Of a stretch of DNA of 64,000 bases, positions 32,001 through 45,704 are shown piece by piece. The position numbers were made by a program, and so were the translations under genes. Every line of letters begins with the position of its first letter. Within the stretch, counting starts at the first letter, position 1. A model generated the notes under the pieces. That model saw nothing but the letters and a program-made list of their open reading frames with translations. It searched no databases and was not told the DNA's origin. The stretch covers positions 1 through 64,000 of the forward strand of contig JABVCE010000003.1 in NCBI GenBank assembly GCA_014905635.1, given 5' to 3'. The stretch is from Scenedesmus sp. PABB004. Taxonomy: Eukaryota.

Positions 32001-35000
32001 CGCCATCCTCATGGGCTGCGCGGTGCTGCCGCACCTCAAGGCGCTCGTGGACATCATCAAGCACGGCCTCAAGGATGACAACATGAAGGCAAGCACCCCG
32101 AGCCCCGCGCCGCCCGCGCCGCCCGCCCGCCGCGGCCCGCGCCGCGCCACGCTGCCGGGGCACCGCGGCCGCCGCCGCCGCCGCGGCCGACCCGCCCCGC
32201 CCCGCCCCGCCCCGCCCCCGCCCCGCCCCCGGCCTTGCCCCCGGCCGCGCCCCCGCGCGCAGGTCAAGACCATCACCGCGCTGAGCCTCGCGGCGCTGGC
32301 GGAGGCGGCGTCGCCGTACGGCATTGAGTCGTTTGACGACGTGCTCGAGCCGCTCTGGCGCGGCATCCGCAGCCTGCGCGGCAAGGTGCTCGCGTCGTTC
32401 CTCAAGTGCATCGGCTTCATCATCCCGCTCATGGACGGGGAGCACGCGTTTTACTACACGCGCGAGGTCATGCTCGTGCTCAAGCGCGAGTTCCAGACGC
32501 CCGACGAGGAGATGAAGAAGATCGTGCTCAAGGTGACGCGCGGCCGCCTGGGCGTGGGTGCGCGTGCGGGTGGCTGGGTGTGCGTGTGTGTGTGGGGGGG
32601 GGGGCACGGCGCCGAGGGCGCGGCGCCGAGGGCGCGGCGCCGAGGGCGGGGCGCTCGGCGCGCGCGCAGCGCGCCGACCCGCACGCGCGCCGCCGGCCCG
32701 CGCGCGCTCGCGCGCGCGCCGCAGGTGGTGCAGCAGTGCGTGGGCACGGAGGGCGTGGAGCCGGACTACATCCGCACCGAGGTGCTGCCCGAGTTCTTCC
32801 GCTGCTTCTGGCAGCGCCGCATGGCCCTCGACCGCCGCAACTACCGCGCGCTCGTGGAGACGACCGTCGCGCTCGCAAACAAGGCGCGCCGCCGCCGCTG
32901 CCGCCCCCGCATGCGCCTGCGCGCGCCGCCGCCCCGCGCCCGCGCGCGCCGCGGCCTTGGCTCGCGGCCCACGCCGCGCCGCGCGCGCCGCGCGCCGCGC
33001 GCAGGCGGGGTGCAGCGAGATCGTGAGCCGCGTGGTGGAGGACCTGAAGGACGAGGCGGAGCCGTACCGGCGCATGGTCATGGAGACGATTGACAAGGTC
33101 GTCAGCGCGCTCGGCGCGGCAGACATCGACGCGCGGCTGGAGGAGCAGCTCGTGGACGGCATCCTCTACGCCTTCCAGGAGCAGGCGCGCGCGCGGCCCG
33201 ACGCGGCGGCGCGCGGCGCGCGGCGCGGCTGCTGCGCCGCAGCGCGCGGCCGGAGGCGCGCCCGCGCCGGGCGCTCACTTGCGCGGCGCTCACGCGCGCC
33301 GCGCCGCAGGTGGGCGACGACGCCAACGTGATGCTCAACGGCTTTGGCACGGTCGTCAACGCGCTGGGCAAGCGCGCCAAGCCGTACCTGCCCCAGATCT
33401 GCGGCACCATCAAGTGGCGGCTCAACAACAAGGCGGCCAAGATCCGGCAGCAGGCCGCCGACCTCATCGCGCGCATCGCGCCCGTGCTCAAGGCGTGCGA
33501 GGAGGAGCAGCTGCTGGGCCACCTCGGCGTCGTGCTGTACGAGTACCTCGGAGAGGAGGTGAGGGCGGCGGGCACGCGGGGGCGGGGCGCGCAGCCGGGC
33601 GCGCCGCGGCCGCGCTCGCGCTGGCGCCGCCGCTGCAGCCGCCCGGCGCTGCGCTGCGCGCGCGCGCGCGCGCGCGGGGCTCGGCTCGCCGCCGGCGCCC
33701 CCGCCGACCTGTGGTCCGCGCCGCGCGCGCCGCCCCGCCGCGCGCGCGCAGTACCCCGAGGTCCTGGGCAGCATCCTGGGCGCGCTGAAGGGCGTGGTCA
33801 ACGTGATCGGCATGACGCGCATGACGCCGCCCATCAAGGAGCTGCTGCCGCGGCTGACGCCGGTGCTGAAGAACCGGCACGAGAAGGTGCAGGAGAACTG
33901 CATCGACCTCGTCGGCCGCATCGCCGACCGCGGCGCGGAGTACGTGCCCGCGCGCGAGTGGATGCGCATCTGCTTTGAGCTGCTCGACATGCTCAAGGCG
34001 CACAAGAAGGCCATCCGCCGCGCGACGGTCAACACGTTTGGCTACATCGCCAAGGCCATCGGCCCGCAGGACGTGCTCGTGACGCTGCTGAACAACCTCA
34101 AGGTCCAGGAGCGCCAGAACCGCGTGTGCACGACCGTGGCCATCGCGATCGTCGCCGAGACGTGCGCGCCGTTCACGGTGCTGCCCGCGCTGATGAACGA
34201 GTACCGCGTGCCCGAGATCAACGTGCAGAACGGCGTGCTCAAGGCGCTGAGCTTCATGTTTGAGTACATCGGCGAGATGGGCAAGGACTACATCTACGCC
34301 GTCACGCCACTGCTCGAGGCAAGCCGCACACCGCGCGCGCCGCGCGCGCCGCGCGCCGGCAGCGGCGGGCGCGGCGGCAGGGGCGGCAGCAGGGGCGGCA
34401 GGGGCGGCACGGGCGGCAGGGGCGGCCGGGCCGCCCCGACCGCTCGCGCGCTCGCTCGCCACGCGCCCACCCGCCCCGCGCCGCCGCGCCGCCGCGGCGC
34501 CGCGCAGGACGCGCTGTCGGACCGCGACCTGGTGCACCGCCAGACCGCCGCGACGGTCGTGCAGCACCTCGCGATGGGCGTGCCGGGGCTGGGGTGCGAG
34601 GACGCGCTGACGCACCTGCTCAACTATGTGTGGCCCAACGTGTTTGAGGAGACGCCGCACCTCATCAACGGCGTCATGGGCGCCATCGACGGCTGCCGCC
34701 TCAGCCTCGGGCCATGCATCGTGCTGCACTACACGCTGCAGGCGCGCGCGCGCCGCCGCCGCCGCGGCCGCGCTGGGCCTGTGCCTGGCCTGCCCGCGCG
34801 CGCGCCGGCCGCGCGCCCGCCGCTGCGCCGCTCACGCGCGCGCGCGCCTCGGCCCGTCGCCGCCGCGCGCACGTGCGCGCAGGGCCTGTTCCACCCCGCG
34901 CGCAAGGTTCGGTCGACGTACTGGAAGGTCTACAACAACCTCTACATCGGCGCGCAGGACGCGCTCGTCGCGTTCATGCCGCGCTTTGCAGACAGCGAGG

Positions 35001-35047
35001 ACGGCGCAAACACCTACACGCGCCACGAGCTCGACCTCCTGCTCTGA
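29051..35047 (+). CDS. SF3B1: Splicing factor 3B subunit 1, 14 exons
   Basis: RWDETP repeats, [85 protein letters not shown]. Confidence 0.97.
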
Positions 35048-35633
35048 CCGTGTACGCGCGTGTGTGTACACGCGTGCGCGTCGCGGCCGCGGCGCAGCGT
35101 GGGGCGGACCGCGCGCGTGCTGCCAGCGTGGCGCGGCGCGTGCAGTCGCGGCCGCGGCGCCGCGCGGCGGCGCCCGGCCCCACCTGCGCGGGCCGCGGCC
35201 GCGCCGGCGCGCTTGCGGTTGTGGCGGCGGCAAGGGGAGGGAGGGGGAACATCGCAAACTCAACCCTTGTTCCGGGCTCGGGCGCACTGCTGCTCCAGCG
35301 CAGGAGTGGTCGCGCGCAGGCGTGTGTAACGCCCCGCCGCTGCGGTCCAGGGCGTCGCGACGCGGCGGCGCGCGTGTCGCCCTGCGGCCGGCGCTCAGAC
35401 TCGCGCGCTGCAGTGTGGCGAGTGCAGAGCGCCGCCGCGCGCCGGGCGCGAGCCGAGAGCAGCGCCGCGAGCTGACAGCAGCGCCGCCGCCGACTGCCGC
35501 CGCTGCGTCGCGCCGACCGCCGCTGCTCGCTGGGCGAGCCTGAGGCCCGCAGGGCAGCTCCTGCCGGCGTGTTCCGGGACCGTGGGCGCGGCGGAGCGGC
35601 CATGCGGGCGGCGAGCTAGCAGCAGCAGGCGGG

Positions 35634-37981
35634 ATGGCGTCGCGCGCCCTCCGCGAGCTGGCGGGCCCTGTGGTGGGCGCGAAGGGCCCGCCCGCCGCTG
35701 ACGGCGTGCTCTCGGTCACGCCGGACCCGGAGGCCTGGACCGCGCCCAGCCCGCTGGCCGAGCTGGGCGCGGGGTCGGCCTTTTTGGATGAGGACGACGC
35801 GCCGCAGCCGGGCGCGCTGTTCGGGCGCTTCACCTGGCGCATCAGCGGCTTCACCGACAGCAAGAAGAACCAGCGCGAGATACGCAGCAGCCAGTTTGCC
35901 ATCGGCGACTACAAGTGGTGAGCAGCAGCCAGCCTGGGGGTGGCGCCTGGGCCGCCAGGAGGGCCGCCCCCGTGCAGCGGCGGCCCTCACGGCGCAGGCA
36001 GGCCCGCCAGGCACCGCCCGGCGCCGCCGCACTGCAGCGCCGCGCTGCAGCGCCGTCGCGGCCGCCGCCGCCGCCGCCGCTGCGCTCACGGGCCGCTGCC
36101 GCTCCGCGCGCCGCTGCGCCCAGGTACATCCTGGTCTACCCGCAGGGCTGCGACGTGTGCAACCACCTCTCGCTCTTCCTCTGCGTCGCCGACTACGACA
36201 AGCTGCTGCCGGGTGCGCGCCGCGGCCGGCCGCGCGGCGCAGCGCGCGTGCCTCGGCGCCGGGCGTGCCGCGCCCGCCCGCCGCGCGCCCCACGCCGCGC
36301 CGCGCGGCCGCAGGCTGGAGCCACTTTGCGCAGTTCACCATCGCGGTGGTCAACAAGGACCCCAAGAAGAGCAAGTACTCGGGTGAGGGGGGGGGGGGGG
36401 GCAGCCGCGGCCGTGGCGGCACCCGGCCGCGCCGGCAGCCGGCGGCGGCGACCGGCGGCCCGTGGGCCGGGGCGCCGAGCGGCCGCGCCGCGCCCGCAGA
36501 CACGCTGCACCGCTTCTGCAAGAAGGAGCACGACTGGGGCTGGAAGAAGTTCATGGAGTGAGGCCGCAGGGGGGAGGGGGGCTTGGGCGGGCGCGGCCGC
36601 CGGCGCGGCCGCGCGCTGCGCCCCGCCTGCGGCCGGCGCGGGCCCACGCCGCCGCCGCCGCCGCCGCCGCTGCGCGCCCCACCCAGGCTGAGCAAGGTGC
36701 TGGACGGCTTCACCGTCGCCGACACGCTCGTCATCAAGGCCCAGGTCCAGGTCATACTGTGAGCACACACGCGCCGCCGCGCCGCGCCGCGTGGGCGCAC
36801 GCAGGGGGGCCGCGTGGGCGCACGCTCCTGCCCGCGCCGTCGCCGCCGCCGCCGCCGCCGCTGAGCGCCCGGCGTCGCGCCGCGCGCGCGCGCGCGCAGC
36901 GACAAGCCCGGCCGGCCGTTCCGCTGCCTGGACGCGAGCTACCGGCGCGAGCTCGTGCGCGTGTACCTGAGCAACGTGGAGTCCATCTGCCGCCGCTTCT
37001 GCGAGGAGAAGCGCGCCGCGCTGGCGTGGCTGCGCGACGAGGCCGCCGCGTTCAACGCCTGGTGGCGCAGCCTGCCCGCGGCGCGGCGCGCGGAGCTCAC
37101 GAGCGTGCGGGGCGACGCGATCCTGAAGGGCCTGGTCAAGCAGTTTTTCAACGAGAAGGAGGTCACCTCCACGCTCGTCATGGACGCGCTCTTCTGCGGC
37201 GCAAAGCAGCTCGACGCCGCCGCGCCGGCGCCGGCGGCGCCGTCGGCGGCGCCGGCGGCGCCCGAGGGCGGCGCCCCCGCGCCCGCGGCGCCGTGCGTCG
37301 TCATCAACGCGCGCAGCGGCACCTTTGGCTTTGCGCTGGACGCGCTGGAGGTGGCGGGGCAGCTGGGCGCCGAGTTCATCCCTCACTACGCCGGACGCGA
37401 CGACAAGGCGCGGCGCGCGGCGCGGCCGCGGCGCGAGGGCAGGCCGGCCGGCGCGGGGCGCGGGCGGGGGCGTGGGGCGGCGCCGCCCCCCGCCGGCGTG
37501 CGCCGCCGCCGAGCAGCGCGCCGCGGCCGCCGCCGCCTCCCCGCGCAGGCGCTGCCGCTCGGCGCGGACGGGCTGGGGCTGCGCAGCGGCGGCGACGAGC
37601 TGAGCGAGCTGCGGCGCGACGCGCTGGAGCGCGACGAGCGGCGCCTGGCGGAGCTGGGGCGGCGCACGGTGGAGATGTACGCGCTCGCTCACATCATAGC
37701 CACGCAGCTCGAGGTGAGCCCGGCCGCGCGCGGCTGAACCCGCAGCCGCCCGCGCGGCTGACCGCGCGGCTGACCGCGTCTGACCGCGTCGCGTCGCCGC
37801 GCGTCGCCGTGTCAGCGCGCGTACCGCGACCACCTCGCCGAGCTGCGCATGCAGCGCCTCATCGCGGAGGAGGAGGCGGCGGCTGCGGCGCACGACGAGG
37901 CGGCCGCGGCGCGCGCGGCGGCGGACAAGGAGCGGCGGGCGAAGAAGAAGGAGCGCAAGAAGGCCAAGAAGGTGCGCGCGC

Positions 37982-38017
<36 letters not shown>

Positions 38018-40340
38018 GGGGGGGGGGGGGGGAGGGGGGCTGCTGCCGGCAGCACGCGGCACGGGGGCGCCGGGCGTGCGGCGCGCGCCAGCGAGCCCGA
38101 GCGCCCCGCCACGCGCAGGAGGCCGACCGCGTGCGGCGCGAGGCGGCAGAGGCGGCGGAGGCCGCTGAGCGCAGCAAGGCAGAGGAGGAGCGGCGCGCTG
38201 CAGCGGAGAGGAAGCGGCAGCAGCAGGAGGAGCAGGAGGCCGCGGCCGCCGTGCAGCAGGCGCCCGGCCAGCAGCAGCAGCTGCCGCCAGTGCCGGTGCT
38301 GCAGCAGCAGCGGCAGCAGCAGCAGCAGCAGCAGCAGCAGCCAGGAGAGCAGCTAGAGCAGCAGCAGCGGCCAGGCGAGGAGCCCTCGCAGCTGCCGGAA
38401 GCGCAGCCGTCGCAGGCGCAGCCGGGCAAGGCTGCGCTGGCGGCCGGCCGCGCCGCCAAGGCCGAGGCGCACCACGCGCTGGCCAACGGCAGCGACATGC
38501 AGGAGCCCGGCGGGCGCGACCAGCAGCGCGCGACCGCGCCGCCCGCCGACAGGGACGGCAGCCGCCTGGGCGGCGACGCCGCCGCCGCGGGGCGCGGCGC
38601 GCACAGCAGCGGCAGCACACCTGGCAGCGCTGCCGGCGGCTCGGCCGCGGACAGCGGCAGCAGCAGCGACAGCGGCAGCGAGGCCGGCGACAGCTCGCAG
38701 GGCTTTGAGCCTGTGCGGCGGCACGGCGGGCAGCGCGAGCAGCGGGAACTGCAGCAGCAGCCCCGTGGGCGCGCGGGTCACGCCAGCAGGCATGCTGCGC
38801 AGCCGCAGCCGGCCCCAAACCCGCCAGCCCAGGCGCACGGCGCGGGCGGCTGGGGCGCCACGCACAACGTGCACAGCCAGCAGCCGGCGGCGCCGCACGG
38901 CGGCAGCGGCGGCGGCAGCAACGGCAGCAGCAGCAATGGCGCCGGCGGCGCGCCCGCGCGCGGCAGCATCCCCACGGGCTACGCCGCGGCCCTGGCGGGC
39001 ATGAAGCCGCCGCCCCCCGCCGAGGCGACCGCGGCGGCGGCGGCCATGGCCGAGCAGCAGCGGCGCGTGCGGCAGCTCGAGGACGCGCTGGCTGGGCTGC
39101 GCGGCACCGTGGCCGCGCTGCGCGAGGCGGGTGCCGCCAAGGACGCGGCGCTGGCGGCGTGCGAGCAGGAGGCGGCCGAGCTGCGCGCGCAGGTGGCGGG
39201 GCAGGCGCAGCAGATTGCCGAGCTGCGCAGGCAGGCGGCGGAGCTGCGCGCCGCCGCGGCGAGGGGCGGCGACGCCGCGCCCGCCAGCGGCGCCCGGCCC
39301 CTGCTGGCAGGCGGCGAGGGGGCGGCAGGAGGGCAAGCAGCCGCTCGCGCGGCGTGTCTATGGACCTGGCCGAGCAGCCGGGCAGCGCGGCACCGCACGC
39401 GCCGCTCGCGTGGTCCGCAGTGGCCGCCGGCGGCGCAGCCGTGCCGCCGGGCGGCGTGGCGGCCGTCCTCGACGGCGGCGGCGAGCCGCTGAGCAACAGG
39501 AGCAGCAGCAGCGCAGCAGAGGCCGCGCCGCCCGACGGCCTGAGCAGCCGGGCCGTGGGCGGGCCCGTGAGCTACGCGGGCGCCGTCGGGCGGCCGGGCG
39601 CCGTCGCCGCAGCCAGCGGCGGCGACGGCGCGGCCGCGGCGGCGCCCGGCAGCCGCAGCAGCAGCGGGGGCGGCGGCGGTGGCGGCGTCGCCGCCGCCGG
39701 AGCGTCGTTTGCCAACGGCACGCTGGCGGCCGCCGGCGCGGGCCCCGCCGCGCTCAGCGGCAACGGCGCGCTGGCCAGCGAGGGCGCTGCGGGCGGCGGC
39801 GGGGGCGCCGCGCTCGCGCCGCTCGCGCGGTCGGTGTCGGCGGGCGTGGCCGGCCCGGGCCCCAGCGGCGGCAGGGCGGGCGCCAGCGCGGACGGCGCCG
39901 ACACGCCCACCAGCAGCAGCGGCAGCGGTGGCGGTGGCGCCGCCGCGAGCGGCCTGGGCGGCGCGGGCGCGGGCGACGGCGGCATGCTGCCCGGCCTGGC
40001 GCCGCGCGCGCCGGGCAGCGGCGGCTACCTGGGCGCTGGCGGCGTGCTCGACGCGCCGCCGTTCCACGCCGGCGTGCTCGCGCCGGGCGGGCCCACCAGC
40101 GGCGCCAAGGGCAAGCTCCCCGGCGGCCCGCCCCACCCCTTTGGCGGCTTCGGCGGCCAGATCGCGCCGGGGGCCGGCGGGGGCGTGCCGTTTGGCGCGC
40201 TGCCCGGCGACGCCGCCAAGCCTCAGGGCGGCGGCCCGGGCAGCGGCGGCGGCGGGCGGCCGAGCGCGTCGATGCTGGAGGACGCCGCGCTGGAGGGTTT
40301 TGTGCACATGGGCATGATCCACGACCTGCTGACAGAGTGA
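35634..40340 (+). CDS. MATH/TRAF-domain coiled-coil protein (plant TRAF1-like), multi-exon
   Basis: FTWRISGF...FAIGDYKWYILVYPQGCDVCNHLSLFLCVADYDKLLPGWSHFAQFTIAVVNKDPKKSKYSDTLHRFCKKEHDWGWKKFMELSKV; PFRCLDASYRRELVRVYL; C-terminal HMGMIHDLL. Apparent frame change near 39330. Confidence 0.88.
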
Positions 40341-40699
40341 CGCGCTCGGCGGCTGCGTGCGGCCTGTCCCGGGAACGTGACCGCCTGCGTGTGCCACGCG
40401 CTCCTGCTCCCGCGGTCGATCAAACCGTTCCGCTGCCGCTGGCAGCCGCCGCTCTCGCGCGCGGGCCGGGCAGCACTGGCTGCGCCGGTGTGCGGCGTTA
40501 CAGCACACCACGGCGGCGGCGCGCCGCCCACCCGCCGCTGCCGGTCGGCAGCGCGGGGCGCGCCCGGCAAAGGAGGCGCTGGGGTGCTGGGGCGCCAGGT
40601 CCCAACGAACAGCAAAACGGCGCGACCGCTGGTTGTACACGCAGCTGCTCCCGCCCGCACCGCCGCAAGCTAGCCTACGCGGGGTGTGCGGCGCGGCGC

Positions 40700-41971
40700 T
40701 CAGCTGTAGTAGGGCAGGAACTGGGTGCACGCGTACGCCCACACGACGCCCGACAGCGCGCCGACGGTGAAGCCGGCGGTGAAGTCGTTCCAGCTGCGCG
40801 CGGGCGCGGGCGCGCGGGTGTGGGCGCGGCGGGGGCGACGCGGGAGAGGGCCGTCGGCGGCGCGGGAGAGGGCCGTCGGCGGCCGCCTGCCTGGCGCGCA
40901 GGCGCGCCTGCCCGCGCGGCGGCGCCGGCCGCGCTGCGCGCGGCGCCCAGCTGCGTGCGGCGCTCACCCCTCGGCGGACTGCAGGGGGTCGCGCGACACG
41001 GAGCGGCCGCTCAGCGTCTTGACGCCCAGCTTGGGCCCGCTCTGGAACTGGGCGGAGCCGTAGATGGACAGGCACAGCGCCAGGATCAGCACCAGGCCGG
41101 CCGCCGACATGCAGCCCGCCAGCTCAGCCGCAGACTCGACGTTGCGGAGGGGGCCGAGCTGCGCGCGCCGGGCGGGCGGCGGGCGGGGCGCGTCGGCCGT
41201 GCCGCCGCGCCGGCCAGACGTGCAGCGCCGCTCGCGGCGCAGGGCGATGCCTCCCCTGCCCTCCGCCAGCGCCGTTGCAGCTCCGTTGCGCTGCCGGTTC
41301 GGCGCGCGCCCCTGCCGTCGCCGCTGCTGCCGCCGCTGCTGCTGCCGCTGCTGCCGCCGCAGCAGATCGCGCCGCCTCTGCCAGCGCCGCTGGCGCTGGG
41401 CACGCTGGCAGGGCTGCCACGACCGTTGTCGCCGCTGCCGGGCCGCTGCTCTGCCGGCGCCAGGCCGAATCTCGCCGACCCGCCGCGTCGCGCTGCGCCC
41501 CGCGCCGCGCGCCGCGCCGCGAGCCGCCGCACCTTGATGAAGGGGCCGGGCAGCAGGAAGCCGTGGGCGAGGCCCACCTCCACGCCGCGCAGCAGGGGCG
41601 CCACGCCGGTGCGGTAGGCGGGCAGGTTGCTGAGGAAGCTGACCACCTCGGGGTTGGAGGTCACGGGCGTCTCCAGCATGCCCACGAAGGGGTCGCCGTT
41701 CACCGGCTGGATGGCAGACGCCTGCGCGCCACCGGGGGCAGGCGTCGGCGCGCCGGCGCGCCCGCGCGAGGCGCCCGGGGGCCGCAGCAGCGGCGCGCGA
41801 TCCCGGGCCCCCGCCCGCGCCGCGCCAGCCCGGCGATCCCGCGCGCCGCACCTTGGGCTCGCCGGCGGCACGCACGACCAGCGCGCGGGCGGGGCGCAGG
41901 GCGGGGAGGGCGGCCTTGCGCGAGGCCAGGCCCCGCAGGGCCGGCTTGGAGGCCGCAACGCTGAGCGCCAT
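40700..41971 (-). CDS. psaL: Photosystem I subunit XI (PsaL) with chloroplast transit peptide, 4 exons
   Basis: [19 protein letters not shown]...[41 protein letters not shown]...TQFLPYYS. Confidence 0.96.
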
Positions 41972-42710
41972 GGTGGATGTGCTGGGGCGAGCCGCGGGAA
42001 CGACCTGGGCGCGCCGCGCGGCCTGCGGTGCGCGCCAGCCCGCAGATCGGCTTGTCAGGCGAGGTTTAGGGCTTGCCGGCTCGACGTGCGCGCTCGAAAC
42101 GCGTGGTCGACCGGCGCCGACGGCGGCGTGAGCGGGGCAGGCCTGTGCTTGCGGGGCGCGGGGGCGCGCGTGCCGCGCCGCCGCCCGGCCGCGCGTGCGC
42201 AGGCGCCGCACAGGTGTGTGGCGTGGGCCTGCGCTGGCGGCTGCACGGCTCGCACCACCACCAGCCCCGCTCACCGCCGCCGCGGCCCTGGGCAGCGCCG
42301 CGCCGACCGCGCGGGGGCCCGCGCGCGCAGCGCGCGCTGCTGGCGGCGCTCCCGGGGCCTCGCGCTCCGTCGTCTGGCTGGCGGGGCAGCGGGATGGCTG
42401 GTCAGGCCTCGGCTGGCCGGGCATGGCGGCAGCGGGCCCGCGCGCGTGCGCCGGCAACGACGGCGGCGCCGGCACGGCGGCGCCGGCGCTGGCAACGCGC
42501 CCGCGCGCCCGCGAGCGTCGCGCCGCTCTGGGGCGCTCGTTACGCGCCGTGCCCGGCGCGACCACGCCGGGGCGCGACTGCTGCAGAACCCGCCCGCACA
42601 GCTGCACGCGCGCGCCCATTGCGTGCCGCCGCATTGCCCGCGCACGACACGCACCCCCGGGACCGCTGGCAGACACTCGCGGGCAGCGTGGCGCGCGCGC
42701 CGGCGGAGCG

Positions 42711-44038
42711 ATGCTGGCCACCAGCAGGATGCAGGCCCTGGTGCGCGGGCCCCGCGCGGGGCGCCAATTGCTGCTGCATGGTCGCTGTGTCGCCGCGCCG
42801 CATTGCGGCGCGCAGCCCGGGGCGCGCCTGCTGCTCGCGCCGGCGCCCACCGCGGCGCGATTGCGGGCCCCGCCGCCGCAGAGCGCGCGCACGAGCTTCG
42901 GCAGGGCCATGCCCGTGGCGCGGCCGGTGCTGGTGAGCCCCGGGCGGCGGCGCGGGGCCAGCGGCGCAGCGGGGCGCGGGGCGCGGCGCGGCAGCAGCGT
43001 GTGGCGGCGGCTCTGCCGCGCTGCCGGCCGGCGGCGCAGGCGGCGGCCGGCAGGGCTGCAGAGGCGGGGACGCGCCGGCGGGGCCGCTGCTGGGCCAGCC
43101 CGCGCACCCCCGCGGGGCCGCGGCAGCCGCCGCCCCGCGCGCGCCGACCGCCGGCGCCGCCGCCCGTGCGCTGCAGGTGGCGGCGCCGCGCAGCCGGATG
43201 CCGCTGAAGGTCCAGAACCTCCGCGTGAACAACGTTGAGATCCCCAACAGCAAGAAGGTGGAGATTTCCCTGCAGTACATCTTTGGCATCGGCAGCACGA
43301 CCGCCAAGGCCATCCTGCGCGACACGGTGCGCGGAGCCGCTCGCTGCGCCGCACCGTGCTGTGGCGGCGGCGGCGGCGGCGCCGTCAGGCAGCTGCAACG
43401 GCGGGCGCGAGCAGCGGCAGCAGCGGCAGCGACGGCGGGCAGCGGCGGCGCGGGCTGCCGCGCCCGCACACGATGCCGCCGCCGACCCCGCGGCGCCCGC
43501 CGCCGCTGCGCGCGCCGTGGTCAGGGCGTTGAGAACAAGCGCTGCTACGAGCTCAACGAGGAGGAGATCAACAAGATCCGCGAGGAGGTCGGCAAGTACA
43601 CGACCGAGGCCGACCTGGTGCGCGCGGGCACCCACGCGCAGCGCCGGCGGGCCCCCGCCGCGCGCAGGGCGGCAGGCAGCAGGCAGCAGGCAGCGCTGCG
43701 CCGGCAGCGCCCGAACGCCGCCGCCGCCGCCGCCGCCGGCGCCGCCGCGCAGAGGCGTATCGTGGCGCAGAACATCAAGCGCTTGAAAGACATCGGCTGC
43801 TACCGCGGCCGCCGGCACATCATGGTGAGCCGCGGCAGCGCGCCGCGCCGGCGGCGGTCGCGCCGGGCCGTGCTGGCCGCCGCTGGTGCTCGCTGCCGGT
43901 CCTGCCTCGCCCAGGGCCGCCACCAACCTGCGGCTGCCGCCGCCGCTGCAGGGCCTGCCCGTGCGGGGGCAGCGGACCAAGACCAACGCGCGCACGCGCA
44001 AGGGCAAGCCGAAGACGGTCGCGGGCAAGAAGAAGTGA
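42711..44038 (+). CDS. rps13: Nucleus-encoded plastid ribosomal protein S13 (uS13c)
   Basis: [32 protein letters not shown]...[37 protein letters not shown]. Transit-peptide exons and the start at 42711 are inferred from GT/AG sites. Confidence 0.9.
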
Positions 44039-44291
44039 GCTGCTGCAGGCGCAGCAGCAGCAGCGGCCGCGTTGTATGCTAGCCGAGGGCGGGGACGGGG
44101 GCTGCGCGGCGAGGGCTTGACGGGCTGGGCGGCAGGCGGCGGGGCGGGCGGTAACCCGGTTCACGACACGCGGCTCACGACACGCGGCCGCCCGAGGCGC
44201 GAGCAGCTGCAGCGCGCCGCCACCGCCCGACACGCACCGCTGCCAGCGCGCGCGCCCGGCCCGCGTCGAGAGGGCGCGCCGCCGCTCGCGC

Positions 44292-45658
44292 TCAGGCCAG
44301 GCTGAGGTGGCTCTGCGCGCTGCCCCAGGTGTTGCGCAGCACGTACGCGTTTGACAGTATGCTCTCCACCTGCGCCTCGCCCCAGTCGCGCGTGGGCAGG
44401 CGCTGCAGGAAGAGCATGACCTCCTGGAACTCACGCCCCAGGATGTCGCGCTGCCAGCACGCGAGGAACGCGGCGCACACGTACACCTGACCGGCGCGCG
44501 CGGCGCGGCGGCGGCCGGGCGGTCGGCCGCCGCGCGCGGGCGCCGCCGCGGCGGGGGGGGGGGGGGGCGGGGGCGGCGCGCGGCGCGCGTGGTGGCCGCA
44601 CCAGGAAGTCTGCGAAGCGGCCGCCCTCCGCGAGGTAGGTGTCCCAGAGGCGCGTCGCCGCGGCAAAGGGCACCTCGCGGATGAGGAGGCAGTTGACCCA
44701 GCGGAACGCAAACTGCAGGAAGTCCACGCCCTCCGCCTCCAGGTGCGACACGATCGCGCCGTTGTTCTTGCTGCGCGGCACGCGGCGCAGCGGCGTTGGC
44801 GGCCGCAGCGTGGGGCGGGCGCGGCGTGGGGCGCGGCGGGCGCGGCGTGGGGCACAGCGGGCGGCAGGCGCGCGGGGCGGGGCGGGGCGGCGGCGTCACG
44901 CACGCGACGAGCTCCTTGACGCGGAAGACGGTGCGCTGTATGCCGGGCTGTGCGTAGGTGTAGTGGTCCTGGATGCCCTCCAGCAGCTTGCTGAGGCACC
45001 AGTAGCAGTCGGCCTCGACGTCCAGCAGCACGCCCTCGCCCAGGCCGTCGGCGCTCCAGCCCTCCAGCGGCCCCGGCAGCGCCTCGGACAGGAAGACCGC
45101 GAGGAAGGGCGTGACCAGGTCGTTCATGCCCTGCACGTACCCGCTCGCGGGGTGCCTGCGACCGCCGCACGCCCCCGCGTCAGCGCACGGCGGCGCGGCT
45201 TGCCGCCCCCCTCCGCTGCAGACCCCACCCGCCCTAAGCGCCCGCGGCGCGGCGCCGCGGGTCGCACCGGATGCCCCAGATGTAGAGCATGCGCTCGAGG
45301 CTCTTCTGGATGGCCGGCGAGTGGAAAAAGGCGACGCTGGGCGCGGTGCGCGGCACGTCAACGGCGACCTGCGCGCGGCGCGTGGCGGCGCCGGGCGCGC
45401 GCTCGGCGGGCGGCGGCGCGGGGCGGCGGGGCAGCGGGGCGGCGGGGCAGCGGGGCGGCGGGGCGGCGGGGCGGGGCGGGGCAGCGCTGCGGCGGCGGCG
45501 CGCGCGCCTGGCGCAGCGCCCCGATCTCCTCCTCGCTGCGCGTGTCGTCGCTGACGTCGTAGTACTGCGGGACCATGCCCCGGTACTCGGCGCGCTTGCG
45601 CCCCAGCACTGACGCCTGACGGCTCCTGCCGCGCGTGCGCGGGCGCGCGCGTGCGGCG

Positions 45659-45704
<46 letters not shown>

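Noticed and set aside
31680..32290. SF3B1 hotspot substitutions that might explain relaxed splicing
   Set aside because: Residues equivalent to human R625, H662, K666 and K700 appear conserved ([23 protein letters not shown]).
37984..38040. (TG)n and G-run tracts (also ~32575, ~50870, ~51140)
   Set aside because: Ordinary intronic microsatellites.
39300..39360. Programmed frameshift in the MATH gene
   Set aside because: More simply a homopolymer indel error or an unrecognised short intron; similar 1-nt indels occur in the satellite edges and retroelements.
42065..42071. TTTAGGG telomere/telo-box motif between psaL and rps13
   Set aside because: A single heptamer is not enough evidence.
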